60,167 nucleotides of DNA, taken from NCBI GenBank assembly GCA_949746985.1, contig CATKDV010000165.1, positions 1 to 60,167 of the forward strand, read 5' to 3'. Origin of the DNA: an uncultured Eubacteriales bacterium. GTDB taxonomy: Bacteria > Bacillota > Clostridia > Oscillospirales > Oscillospiraceae. Both the position numbers and the translations under genes were made by a program. Numbering within the stretch: position 1 is the stretch's first letter; the number at the start of each line of letters is the position of its first letter. The notes under the pieces were generated by a model. The model searched no databases and was not told the DNA's origin. It saw only the letters and a list, made by a program, of their open reading frames with translations. Positions 48,223 to 57,175 of this stretch are shown piece by piece.

Positions 48223-48816
48223 TTACCACCCGCCCCTTCTCCGCCGCGCAGCGGCCACCATCCAAAGGCCGGCGATCAGGAGGGTAAAGTTCCTCCCCTC
48301 GCTCTGCCACAAGAGGACCAGGCCCATCGCCAACAAAAGCCCCGCCGTTATCTCAGAACAGAGGGCCGTGAGCCTTTGCCCCATCTCCTCCTGGTTCAGC
48401 TGGGTGAAGAGAGCCTCCAGAGCCTTGCCGCCGTCCAGATGCTCCGCAGGAAGCAGATTGAAGCAGGCAAGGCCAAGGTTAAGTCCTGCAAAAAAATAGA
48501 GCCCAGCATCCCGCCGCGCCAGCTGAACACTGACCAAGGCCACTATCAGGTTTACTCCCGGTCCTGCCAGTGCCGCCAGCATCATCCCCCAAGAAGAAAG
48601 CGGGTGTGCCGATGACAGTCTCAACTCCGCCCCGGCGCAGGTGATCTGCAGGCGGACGATCTGCCCTCCCAAAATCCGGACCGCCAACCAGTGGCCCCAC
48701 TCATGGAGTGCGCAGGCCAGCAGGACCCAGAACACAACTCCACTGTCGTCCAGATAATAGAGAAGGGCCAGCACCATCATCGCCCCGCCGCTGATTTCCA
48801 GCCGTCCCAACTTCAC
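48223..48816 (-). CDS. SpoIVFB-like M50 intramembrane metalloprotease
   Basis: HEWGH, LAGP, FNLLPAEHLDGG; coupled to the upstream M23 gene; no CBS domain. Confidence 0.82.
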   Translation of the reverse strand: MKLGRLEISGGAMMVLALLYYLDDSGVVFWVLLACALHEWGHWLAVRILGGQIVRLQITCAGAELRLSSAHPLSSWGMMLAALAGPGVNLIVALVSVQLARRDAGLYFFAGLNLGLACFNLLPAEHLDGGKALEALFTQLNQEEMGQRLTALCSEITAGLLLAMGLVLLWQSEGRNFTLLIAGLWMVAAARRRRGGW

Positions 48817-49805
48817 GACAGGAGGCTGATATAATAGGCGGGGTTCAGGCGCACCCCATCCTTTTTCATCTCGAAATGAAGATGAGGACCTGTAACATCT
48901 CCGGTGGCCCCCGATTCCGCCACCTTCTCCCCTATGGTCACCGTCTGCCCCTGCTGGACACAGAGCTTGGAACAGTGGGCATAGAAGGTCGTCACTCCGT
49001 TTCCGTGATCCAGTTGAAGGTAACGGCCATACACGTCACTCTCTCCGATATAGTCCACAGTCCCAGCAGCAAATGCCTTAACTGTAGTCCCAGTCTCCAC
49101 CGCCAGATCTACCCCATAGTGAAATTTTTCTCCCCCGGAAATGGGGTGTTCCCGCCAGCCAAAGCCTGAAGTCAATTCTGCATCCACTGGGTTCATGGTC
49201 TCTTGAAGGCCCAGGGCATAACGGTCCATAGTGGTATTGTCCGGAAGTGCAGGTCCTGTGTAGTTCATGGTGATCACTGCAGGCTCCGCCGCAGAGTCCG
49301 GTTCCGGCTCTTGGGTCTCCTCCGGGAGGGATGTTGGCGCAGGTCCCGCTTCCACCTTCACCCCGTTCGCCTCCACTATATCCTGCGGCAACTCTTCCGG
49401 TTTTCCCCGGCTCAGAACTCTGGCCGAAAGACTGCCTGTCTTTCCTATTTCTTTCTGCTCCGAAAGATAAAGCGGGCCCTCGCCCCAAGTGGGATGCGCT
49501 TCCTTCTCCTGCGGTATGAATACGTCTACCCAAAGTCCGCCCAGGCTCTTCCCCACCGATTTTCCCGAAGCAAGAGACCAGCCCAGGTCTGCAAAGGCCG
49601 CTTTAAAATCCACATCCGAGCGCAAAACCTGGGCCAGCTCCTCCCGAAGCTCTGTCAGCCTGTCCAGCCCCTTGGTAAAAAACACAGTCAAAAAGAGGGC
49701 CAAACATATCCCCAGTTGGAGAAGCCGACGCTTCTCCCGCTCCCCCAGCACCGTCTTTTGACCTTTGCGCTGGTAGTTGATCCGACGCCCTGCTGATTTT
49801 TCCAT
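48813..49805 (-). CDS. Membrane-anchored M23 peptidase (SpoIVFA-position gene)
   Basis: N-terminal TM, HYGVD, YAH, GPHLHFE; AAGGAG RBS before ATG 49805. Confidence 0.88.
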   Translation of the reverse strand: MEKSAGRRINYQRKGQKTVLGEREKRRLLQLGICLALFLTVFFTKGLDRLTELREELAQVLRSDVDFKAAFADLGWSLASGKSVGKSLGGLWVDVFIPQEKEAHPTWGEGPLYLSEQKEIGKTGSLSARVLSRGKPEELPQDIVEANGVKVEAGPAPTSLPEETQEPEPDSAAEPAVITMNYTGPALPDNTTMDRYALGLQETMNPVDAELTSGFGWREHPISGGEKFHYGVDLAVETGTTVKAFAAGTVDYIGESDVYGRYLQLDHGNGVTTFYAHCSKLCVQQGQTVTIGEKVAESGATGDVTGPHLHFEMKKDGVRLNPAYYISLLS

Positions 49806-49830
49806 ATTGTCCCACTCCTTTGTCCTGGAC

Positions 49831-49859
49831 AGTGTATGAGTCCGGGGCAAAGAGTATGC
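49831..49859 (-). promoter_or_regulatory. Sigma-E promoter of the M23-M50 operon
   Basis: gCATA-N16-CATACACT, an essentially consensus match. Confidence 0.75.
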
Positions 49860-49893
49860 AAATAGATTTGAGTGCTTCGAAACCGTCCAGGGC

Positions 49894-49922
49894 TTGACAT
49901 TCCATTTTGTTGCCGCTATAAT
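49894..49922 (+). promoter_or_regulatory. Sigma-A promoter of tRNA-Pro
   Basis: TTGACA-N17-TATAAT, perfect consensus. Confidence 0.9.
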
Positions 49923-49989
49923 AGCAAATGCGTCTTGGAGCGCAAAAAAGCACAGTCAGGTTTTATCTCCAAGACCAAATCTCCTATAT

Positions 49990-50065
49990 CCGGGTGTAGC
50001 GCAGTTGGTAGCGCGCATGGTTCGGGACCATGAGGCCGTGGGTTCAAATCCCGCCACTCGGACCA
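49990..50065 (+). tRNA. tRNA-Pro (anticodon CGG)
   Basis: Acceptor stem CCGGGTG/CACTCGG, D arm GCGC, anticodon arm CATGG-TTCGGGA-CCATG, T loop TTCAAAT, encoded CCA; 76 nt. Confidence 0.97.
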
Positions 50066-50067
50066 AG

Positions 50068-50104
50068 AGAAAAGCATCTGTTCATTATGAACAGATGCTT
50101 TTCT
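50068..50104. terminator. Bidirectional terminator between tRNA-Pro and the GH5 gene
   Basis: AGAAAAGCATCTGTTCA...TGAACAGATGCTTTTCT perfect 17-bp inverted repeat. Confidence 0.85.
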
Positions 50105-50120
50105 CTGCTTTGGATCCCCT

Positions 50121-51689
50121 CTATTTTTTAAACCGGGAAAACACAAATTTTCCCGATTCAGTCAAATCATTTTCCATCCACACTTTTTCTGGTGATGTTC
50201 CCTGTTTTAGTGCCGCAGAGGTTTCATTTTTATCACATAAAGACCAATTGCACCAGCTTATATCACGTTCATCCAGATAGTCCAGCCAAACCTTACTCTC
50301 CTCTAAAAATCCCCCGCCGCTTCCGTCGGCCCGACTGGTTCCCCACTCGGAGATAAAGACAGGAAACCCGGAGTTAAGGACTGCGTCGATCCGGTCCCGC
50401 AGGTCCCGGCCATGGGTCCCGGCATAGAAGTGGAGGGTATACATCAGGTTCGTTCCCTCTACCGGGTCGGCCGCCGCCAGGTGAATATCCTGGCTCCACG
50501 TGGGGCTGCCGATGAGAATGACACTTTGGGGTGCTTGGGCCCGGATAATGGATGTCACCCGTTCTGCGTAGGGCTTTACATCTCCCGTCCAAGATACATT
50601 CCCATTGGGCTCGTTGCAAATTTCGTAGAGAACGTTGGGAGTGCTCCCATAGCGGGCAGCAGCCTCTGAGAAAAAAGCTTCCGCCTCCGTCACATAGGTC
50701 AGCGGGTTGCCATCCGAAAGGATGTGCCAATCCAGGATCACGTACATATCTTGTTGGATCGCTGCGTCTACCGCAGCAAAGGCCGCTTGGGTCATGACCT
50801 CGGGCTGGTTGAGATACCCCCCCTCTCCGGTATACATCGCCACCCGGAACACATTGGCTCCATAAGCTGCCGTATTGGCAATGGACTGAGCCCCGGCATA
50901 TTCCCCATACCATTGAAGCCCATGGGTACTCATGCCCCGGAGGACCACAGGCTCCCCCCTTTCGTTGCAAAGCTGGGTCCCGACCACCTGGAGCCAGCCA
51001 TTTTCCGATACGCCGCCCTGCAATGTTTGGACAGCCTCGGCCGACGGCTGGTAACAATTGATTTCCTTCTCCTCCGACTCTCCGTCCAGCCGCTTCAAGG
51101 CCCGCTGGAACAGGATACAGGCCTCCGCTCGGGTGAGTCCGTCCAAGGGGCGGAAGTTTCCGTCTCCATCCCCAGTAACCACTCCGGCGGCATAGGCCGG
51201 CAGGACCGACTCATAGTAACGTCCGCTGAGGGAGGAAAAATCTCCGAGTCTTTTCGATTCCGTATTATAATCGTATCCCGTACCGGGAAGCAGGCCCCGC
51301 ATCAAGACCTTCACCGCCAACTGACGAGAGATAGGGCTGTCGCAGGCCGACCAATCAATGCCGTCAAAAGGGATCTCATCCCAGTCAAACCAGCCCTCAT
51401 CACGGGCATGGTACAGGGCCGCCGAGGCCCAGTGATCCTCCTTCAAAGCAAAGTTCTGACCCTTACAGCGCAAGGTAATGGCTACAAATTCTGCGGCGGA
51501 TATTTCCCGCATAGGCTGAAAGGTTCCGTCATCACAGCCGGAAAGAATCCCCTCCTGGCTCATCTCCTCCACGGCTTCCTCGTACCAGCTTCCGGGGACT
51601 ACGTCGGGAAAAGCGGTCGCTTTGGCGGAGACTGGCAGAAGGATGGTGCACAAAAGCAGACCGAATCCGCGTAGCAGCAGTTTTTTCAT
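50121..51689 (-). CDS. Secreted SLH-domain glycoside hydrolase family 5 (endoglucanase-like)
   Basis: Signal peptide, SLH repeats (FPDV..., FRPLDGLTRAE), GH5 motifs RGMSTHG, DWH, NEP (acid/base), HFYA, SEWG (nucleophile). Confidence 0.92.
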   Translation of the reverse strand: MKKLLLRGFGLLLCTILLPVSAKATAFPDVVPGSWYEEAVEEMSQEGILSGCDDGTFQPMREISAAEFVAITLRCKGQNFALKEDHWASAALYHARDEGWFDWDEIPFDGIDWSACDSPISRQLAVKVLMRGLLPGTGYDYNTESKRLGDFSSLSGRYYESVLPAYAAGVVTGDGDGNFRPLDGLTRAEACILFQRALKRLDGESEEKEINCYQPSAEAVQTLQGGVSENGWLQVVGTQLCNERGEPVVLRGMSTHGLQWYGEYAGAQSIANTAAYGANVFRVAMYTGEGGYLNQPEVMTQAAFAAVDAAIQQDMYVILDWHILSDGNPLTYVTEAEAFFSEAAARYGSTPNVLYEICNEPNGNVSWTGDVKPYAERVTSIIRAQAPQSVILIGSPTWSQDIHLAAADPVEGTNLMYTLHFYAGTHGRDLRDRIDAVLNSGFPVFISEWGTSRADGSGGGFLEESKVWLDYLDERDISWCNWSLCDKNETSAALKQGTSPEKVWMENDLTESGKFVFSRFKK

Positions 51690-51766
51690 CGAACTTCTCC
51701 CCTTTCCAGATATTGATTATAGCATGATCCTGCTGTTTTCTCAAAGGATTTTGCGGGTATGCTCCC

Positions 51767-51795
51767 TTGATTCTTTAATAGGAAAAGAGTATAAT
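51767..51795 (+). promoter_or_regulatory. Sigma-A promoter of rluA-like/fbp
   Basis: TTGATT-N17-TATAAT. Confidence 0.7.
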
Positions 51796-51822
51796 GAAAA
51801 AAATCCCAACAAGGAGGGGCTT

Positions 51823-52704
51823 ATGAAGAAGGAAACCGTCTTTTCGGTAAAGGAGCCCGTCTCCCTGCTGGATTTTTTGCTCTCCCGCATGGAGAGTCTG
51901 TCCCGGAACAGTGTCAAGCACCTGCTCTCCCGGGGACAAGTACTGGTAAATAACGTACCCCAGAAGCAGTTCGACTTCTCTCTGTCCACCGGTCAGACTG
52001 TCACGGTCCTGCCCCAGGCCAGAGGGGCCGCCCTCCCCTTCCCCGTGCTCTACGAGGACCAGGGACTGCTGGTCATCCACAAGCCCGCGGGGCTCCTCTC
52101 GGTAGCCACCGAGGCCCAGAAAAGCCGCACTGCCTACCGCCTCACCGCCGACTACCTCCGCTCCAGGGACCCCGGGGCAAAGCTTTTCGTGGTCCACCGG
52201 CTGGACCGGGACACTTCGGGAGTGCTGCTTTTTGCCAAGTCAAAAGAGCTGCAAGATACCCTCCAGGAGGACTGGAACGGTCTTGTGAAAAAGCGGGGCT
52301 ATTGGGCCGTGGTTGAGGGGGAAGACCTGCCTGACAGCGGAACATGCCGCTCCCAGCTCACCGAAAACAAGGTCCACCGGGTATACTCCTCCAAAGGCCG
52401 GGAGGGCAAGGAGGCGGTGACCCGCTATGCCGTTCTGGACCGCAGAAGGGGCTATTCCCTGCTGGAGGTGGAACTGGACACAGGCCGGAAAAACCAGATC
52501 CGGGCACATCTTGCTGAACTGGGGCATCCGGTGGCGGGAGACGACAAGTACGGAGCCATAACCGACCCCATGGGACGGCTGGGGCTCCACGCCTACGAAC
52601 TGCGGTTCACCGACCCGCGCAGCGGAAAGTCCTTGTCCTTTACCGCCCCGCCCCCGGAGGGGTTCCGGCGGATGTTCCCCCGGCAGTTTTCTTCCCTATC
52701 CTAA
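51823..52704 (+). CDS. RluA-family pseudouridine synthase
   Basis: S4-like N-terminus, HRLDRDTSG, TGRKNQIR, LHA; AAGGAGG before ATG 51823. Confidence 0.93.
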   Translation: MKKETVFSVKEPVSLLDFLLSRMESLSRNSVKHLLSRGQVLVNNVPQKQFDFSLSTGQTVTVLPQARGAALPFPVLYEDQGLLVIHKPAGLLSVATEAQKSRTAYRLTADYLRSRDPGAKLFVVHRLDRDTSGVLLFAKSKELQDTLQEDWNGLVKKRGYWAVVEGEDLPDSGTCRSQLTENKVHRVYSSKGREGKEAVTRYAVLDRRRGYSLLEVELDTGRKNQIRAHLAELGHPVAGDDKYGAITDPMGRLGLHAYELRFTDPRSGKSLSFTAPPPEGFRRMFPRQFSSLS

Positions 52705-52720
52705 GATTGGAGGCCCCCCT

Positions 52721-54673
52721 ATGACCGATCTCAATTATTTACAGCTCCTGTCCCGCAGCTATCCTACCGCCCTGGCGGCTTCGGCGGAGATCATCAACCT
52801 TAACGCGATCTGCCGTCTGCCAAAGGGAACAGAATACTTTTTCAGCGACCTCCACGGGGAGTATGAGGCCTTTCGCTATCTGCTGGCCAGTGCATCTGGC
52901 ATCATCCGGGATAAGATCGACTATCTTTTTGCCCGCTCTGTCTCTGAAAAAGAACGGGATGAGTTGGCCATGCTTATCTATGACCCGGCGGAGACCCTGG
53001 CCCGGCTCCAAGGAGAGATGAACGCCCAGGAGTACGACAACTGGTGCCGCATCGCCATCTACCGGCTGGTGCAGGTCTGCCAGACCGTCTCCGCAAAATA
53101 CACCCGCTCCAAGGTACGTAAAAAGATCCCTTCCAGCTTTTCATACATCATCGACGAATTGCTCCACGCCGACGCTGACGACAGCAAAGAGAGGTATTAT
53201 GAGGAGATCATCGCCTCCATCGTCTCCACCGGGACCTCCGACGCTTTTATCGTCCAATTCTGCCAGCTGATCAAAGAGTGCGCTGTAGACAGTCTCCACA
53301 TTATTGGGGATATCTTTGACCGGGGGCCCCATGCTGACCGCATTTTGGAGGAGCTGCGGCATTTCCACGAAGTGGACGTGCAGTGGGGCAACCACGACAT
53401 TGGCTGGCTGGGGGCCTATGCGGGCAACCTTGCCTGTGTGGCCAGTGTGCTGCGGAGGTGTGTAAGCTACAACAATTTCGACCAGCTGGAAGACGGATAC
53501 GGCATCAATCTGCGGCCCCTGTCCATGTTTGCCGCCGACATCTATAAAGACGATCCCTGTGAGCGCTTCACCCCCCATGTGCTGGACGAAAACATTTATG
53601 ATCCCGTGGAAAGTGAATTGGCCTCCAAGATGCACAAAGCTATGGCCGTTATCGAATTCAAGCTGGAATGCCAGCTTTTGTCCCGCCATCCGGAATATAA
53701 TATGGACGGGCGGATCCTCCTTCCCAAGATAGATTTTACCGCCGGAACTGTAGAGGTGGACGGTAAGACCTACCCCCTGCTGGATACCCACTTCCCCACC
53801 GTCGATCCCTCAGACCCCACCGCACTCACCGCCGGAGAGCAGGAGCTCATTGAACAGCTTGCCGCTTCCTTCCGGCACAGCACTCTTTTAAAGAAGCATA
53901 TCCGCTTCCTTCTCAGTCACGGTGGAATGTATAAGGTAGTCAATGGGAACCTATTGTATCACGGCTGCATTCCCATGACTGAGAGCGGGGCTTTTGACAC
54001 AGTATCCCTGGGAGGGGAAAATCTGTGTGGAAAGGCCTATCTGGACGCGCTGGACGCTAAGGTGCGGACCGCTTTCTACGGTACGCCCGGCTCCCCGGAA
54101 CGGGAGAGCGCGGTGGATCTGTTCTGGTATCTGTGGGCCGGTCCCAAGTCCCCCCTCTTTGGCAAAAGCAAGCTGTCCACTTTTGAGCGGTACTTTATCG
54201 CTGATAAAACCACCCACAAAGAGTTTTACAATCCCTACTACGCTCTGGTCAAGAACCGGGAGACCTGTGTCACTATTTTGTGTGAATTTGGGCTGGATCC
54301 CTCCCGGTCCCACATCGTCAATGGCCATGTGCCCGTAAAAGAGAAAGAGGGAGAAAGCCCTATCCGGGGGGGAGGGCTCCTCTTCGTCATCGACGGCGGC
54401 ATTTCCAAGGCTTACCAGCGGCAGACCGGCTTTGGGGGATATACCCTTATTTACAACTCCCACCATCTGGCCCTGGCCCAACACAAACCCTATGAGCAGA
54501 TCATGGAAAATCCGCGAGAGAGCGCTCCCCAAGTCCGCATTGTAGAGAATCTGCCCCGGCGAGTGCTTGTGGGCGATACCGACACGGGCGCAAGGCTTCG
54601 AACCCAAATCGAGTGCCTTCAAGATCTACTTGTAGCCTATAGGGAAGGAACCATCAAGGAGCAGGGAGAATAA
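52721..54673 (+). CDS. fbp: Fructose-1,6-bisphosphatase class III
   Basis: EIINL.AI..LPKGTE.F.SDLHGE, GDIFDRG, WGNHD, NGHVPV, IDGG.SKAY. Confidence 0.96.
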   Translation: MTDLNYLQLLSRSYPTALAASAEIINLNAICRLPKGTEYFFSDLHGEYEAFRYLLASASGIIRDKIDYLFARSVSEKERDELAMLIYDPAETLARLQGEMNAQEYDNWCRIAIYRLVQVCQTVSAKYTRSKVRKKIPSSFSYIIDELLHADADDSKERYYEEIIASIVSTGTSDAFIVQFCQLIKECAVDSLHIIGDIFDRGPHADRILEELRHFHEVDVQWGNHDIGWLGAYAGNLACVASVLRRCVSYNNFDQLEDGYGINLRPLSMFAADIYKDDPCERFTPHVLDENIYDPVESELASKMHKAMAVIEFKLECQLLSRHPEYNMDGRILLPKIDFTAGTVEVDGKTYPLLDTHFPTVDPSDPTALTAGEQELIEQLAASFRHSTLLKKHIRFLLSHGGMYKVVNGNLLYHGCIPMTESGAFDTVSLGGENLCGKAYLDALDAKVRTAFYGTPGSPERESAVDLFWYLWAGPKSPLFGKSKLSTFERYFIADKTTHKEFYNPYYALVKNRETCVTILCEFGLDPSRSHIVNGHVPVKEKEGESPIRGGGLLFVIDGGISKAYQRQTGFGGYTLIYNSHHLALAQHKPYEQIMENPRESAPQVRIVENLPRRVLVGDTDTGARLRTQIECLQDLLVAYREGTIKEQGE

Positions 54674-54683
54674 AATACTTTGG

Positions 54684-54716
54684 AAAGCGGGGCGGTCTGC
54701 CGACCGCCCCGCTTTT
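54684..54716 (+). terminator. fbp terminator
   Basis: AAAGCGGGGCGGTC-N4-GACCGCCCCGCTTTT. Confidence 0.85.
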
Positions 54717-54760
54717 CGTCTCTTTTCTACCTATTCCACAAATTGACAGCAATTTAAAAT

Positions 54761-54777
54761 ATTACAATTAGGTAACA
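54761..54777. promoter_or_regulatory. WalR-type direct repeat
   Basis: Minus strand reads TGTTAC-N5-TGTAAT, a perfect match to TGTWAH-N5-TGTWAH; 15 bp upstream of a -35 box. Confidence 0.55.
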
Positions 54778-54792
54778 ATGACGAATGGCCCC

Positions 54793-54821
54793 TTGACTTT
54801 TTGGGAGGAGGGGGTTATACT
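54793..54821 (+). promoter_or_regulatory. Sigma-A promoter of the small ORF
   Basis: TTGACT-N17-TATACT. Confidence 0.75.
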
Positions 54822-54853
54822 TTACAATAGAAATAAGAAAGGAGGGGTCTGAC

Positions 54854-54937
54854 ATGATTTTTGATACTGACCGCCGTGCGGATGATGTGGATGACCTGAT
54901 TTTTGATCGTACCACTATCACCCCCAGTCAACGATAA
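54854..54937 (+). CDS. Unannotated 27-aa acidic peptide
   Basis: AGAAAGGAGG RBS 8 nt before the ATG; MIFDTDRRADDVDDLIFDRTTITPSQR; own promoter and terminator. Confidence 0.65.
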   Translation: MIFDTDRRADDVDDLIFDRTTITPSQR

Positions 54938-54962
54938 TTCCCGAACTGCCAAGGAGCAATGT

Positions 54963-54993
54963 ACCACACCTTGACGTCGGGTGTGGTTTTTTT
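54963..54993 (+). terminator. Terminator after the small ORF
   Basis: ACCACACC-N9-GGTGTGGT followed by a T run. Confidence 0.8.
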
Positions 54994-55118
54994 GTTCCCA
55001 TTTTTCTCTTTCAACAATCTTAAGAAAATCGTCTGATTTTATATATGGATTTTATCCTGTCCAATGTGCTATCCTGTTCTTACGCGAGAGATCAAAAAAA
55101 CAGGAGGCGGGGCAAGAT

Positions 55119-55838
55119 ATGAACGGGAATCATCGTCAATTGAAAAGGGCGGCGGCTATAGCCGCCGTCCTTTTGCTGTTTCTTTTTCTCTGTTGGGGCC
55201 TTTGGCGCACAGGCTTTTTTATGGTAGCCAGTTCCCCGGAAGGGATGCAGGCCTACATTCAGCAGTTCGCGCCCTATTCTCACGCCGTCTTTTTTCTTCT
55301 TCAGCTTATCTCTGTCATTTTGGCCCCCATCCCCAGCAACCTGACCACAGTGGCCGGGGGACTTCTCTTCGGCGCTTGGGCTTCTTTTCTTATTACTACG
55401 CTGGCTGTAATTTTAGGCTCTGTTATTGTCTTTCAGCTCAGTCGAAGCCTGGGGCGTCCTTTTTCCGAGCGGTTTATCAACGGTAAAACCTGGGAACGGT
55501 ATGACGAGGTCATCCGCCGAAAACGGGATGTGTTTCTCTTTCTGGCTTTTCTCTTTCCCTTCTTTCCCGATGATCTGTTGTGCATCATGTCCGGTCTTAC
55601 CAATATTTCCTTCCGCCGCTTTCTGCTGTTAGTCGTTTTGGGGCGTCCCTGGGGCCTGCTGGTGGCGGCCGCAGTAGGCGGTTCGGTGGTATCCATCCCC
55701 TGGTGGGGCATGGCTTTGCTCGGAGTGGGCGGATTAGCGCTTTTCCTGGGCGCTCTGCGGTATGGAGATCGGGTCGAAGAGTGGGTCATCGCCCGCCTTA
55801 ACAGGCCAAAACCCCCGCAAGATCCTATAAACCTATAA
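55119..55838 (+). CDS. TVP38/TMEM64 (DedA/VTT) membrane protein
   Basis: QLISVILAPIP, GGLLFG, FPFFPDDLL, GRP; AGGAGG before ATG 55119. Confidence 0.9.
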   Translation: MNGNHRQLKRAAAIAAVLLLFLFLCWGLWRTGFFMVASSPEGMQAYIQQFAPYSHAVFFLLQLISVILAPIPSNLTTVAGGLLFGAWASFLITTLAVILGSVIVFQLSRSLGRPFSERFINGKTWERYDEVIRRKRDVFLFLAFLFPFFPDDLLCIMSGLTNISFRRFLLLVVLGRPWGLLVAAAVGGSVVSIPWWGMALLGVGGLALFLGALRYGDRVEEWVIARLNRPKPPQDPINL

Positions 55839-57011
55839 GATCACCGGCCCTGTGGTATAATCCATGCCACAGGGCTTTATTTTGTCAAAACAAAGCCCAA
55901 ACAGGTCCGTTCCCCTGCATTCCAGCGCAAAAAGGGCCTGGGCGTCCTCTCTCATATCCCGAATATGCGCGGCTTTCGTAAGGACGGGAAGCGTCGCCGC
56001 CCTTTTCATCTCCCGGAGCATCCCTTTTCCCCGACTGTTCATTCCCAACACCCGGAGATAGGCAGGACCACCGACCGGACGATCCGTCTCCCTCAGACCC
56101 AGAAAGGCCCACAACGCCAGGCGGCGGATCCGGGCATGGGCATATCGGCGGGTTTTACTGAGGGCATAAAACTCCTCCAGACTCCCTGCCCTTGCCGCCG
56201 CTTTCACCAGTCGGGCAGGCAATCCCTCCGCCGCTCCGCTGTCCGGAAGGATGGAAAAGTCCTTCTCCTCCATTCTGCGCAGAAGAGCGAGGAAGGCGCG
56301 CTCCACATTCTTCATCCTGGCAATACCTGCTTCTTTTAGCAATCCCAAGTCCCTTTCTTCCATCCAGGGAAGTGGTTCCTTCCCTCCGCGCAAAATCTCC
56401 CGCACATGGGAAGCGGAAGCAAAGCCTTCCTCCGGACAGATACAATCGTGGAAGGCCCCCCGCCTCATGATCGCTACCGCAGTCAATCCTTTCTCCGCCG
56501 CCCGCAGATACTCTACTCCCAAGCTGTCATTGGCCCCTTGCAGGGTCTTTGCCTGCGCGCCTAACGTCCGCAGTGCGGCCTTTTGACGGGCTTCCGCAAA
56601 GGAACCGCCCTTGTCAAGCTCGTCCCGGAGAGCTTTCTTATAAGCTTCTCCATCCAGTCCCTCCGCCACCCTTCGAAGATCCTCCAAGCGTCCGCTCTCA
56701 CTGCCAAAGGAGAGAGTTTCCACGATCCCCGTGGCCTTCAAGACCGTCACTGCCCCCCGGGCAAACCCCTCCGCCGAGGAGATGGCCCAGGGCAGAGGCA
56801 GCTCCAGCACCAGGTCTGCTCCTCCCTGCAGTGCCATGGCGGCCCGGGTCCATTTATCCGTGATGGCGCATTCCCCCCGCTGGACCCAGCTGCCAGACAT
56901 AACGCAGACAACACCCCTATCCTCCCCCAGCAGTCGTCGGGTCTCTGCTATGTGATAGGCGTGACCTGTATGAAAAGGATTGTATTCTGCAACGATACCA
57001 ACGGCGCCCAT
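55833..57011 (-). CDS. tmcAL: tRNA(Met) cytidine acetate ligase (YlbM)
   Basis: GIVAEYNPFHTGH, MSG.WVQRGE, SAE.FA.GAV, YLRVLG. Confidence 0.9.
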   Translation of the reverse strand: MGAVGIVAEYNPFHTGHAYHIAETRRLLGEDRGVVCVMSGSWVQRGECAITDKWTRAAMALQGGADLVLELPLPWAISSAEGFARGAVTVLKATGIVETLSFGSESGRLEDLRRVAEGLDGEAYKKALRDELDKGGSFAEARQKAALRTLGAQAKTLQGANDSLGVEYLRAAEKGLTAVAIMRRGAFHDCICPEEGFASASHVREILRGGKEPLPWMEERDLGLLKEAGIARMKNVERAFLALLRRMEEKDFSILPDSGAAEGLPARLVKAAARAGSLEEFYALSKTRRYAHARIRRLALWAFLGLRETDRPVGGPAYLRVLGMNSRGKGMLREMKRAATLPVLTKAAHIRDMREDAQALFALECRGTDLFGLCFDKIKPCGMDYTTGPVIL

Positions 57012-57175
57012 AGAGTTCCTCCTGGCTTTTTGAAAAAAAGAGTTGTCCTTTTTCGGAAAAAGTTATACAATAAGAATATCGTAAAACTTTACCATCTTGT
57101 CTATGAAGGAATGTAGCACGTTTTTGCTCCAAAGGCAAGCGTTGCCGCTTAAATTACGGAAGGAGAAGTTCCCCT

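Noticed and set aside
50040-54700. Genomic island integrated at tRNA-Pro
   Set aside because: No integrase and no repeat of the tRNA 3' end found by eye; the downstream genes are housekeeping.
54959-55036. 25-codon hydrophobic ORF MYHTLTSGVVFLFPFFSFNNLKKIV, type I toxin-like
   Set aside because: AAGGAG is only 2 nt from the ATG, the ORF runs through the terminator, and its hydrophobicity comes from the T tract.
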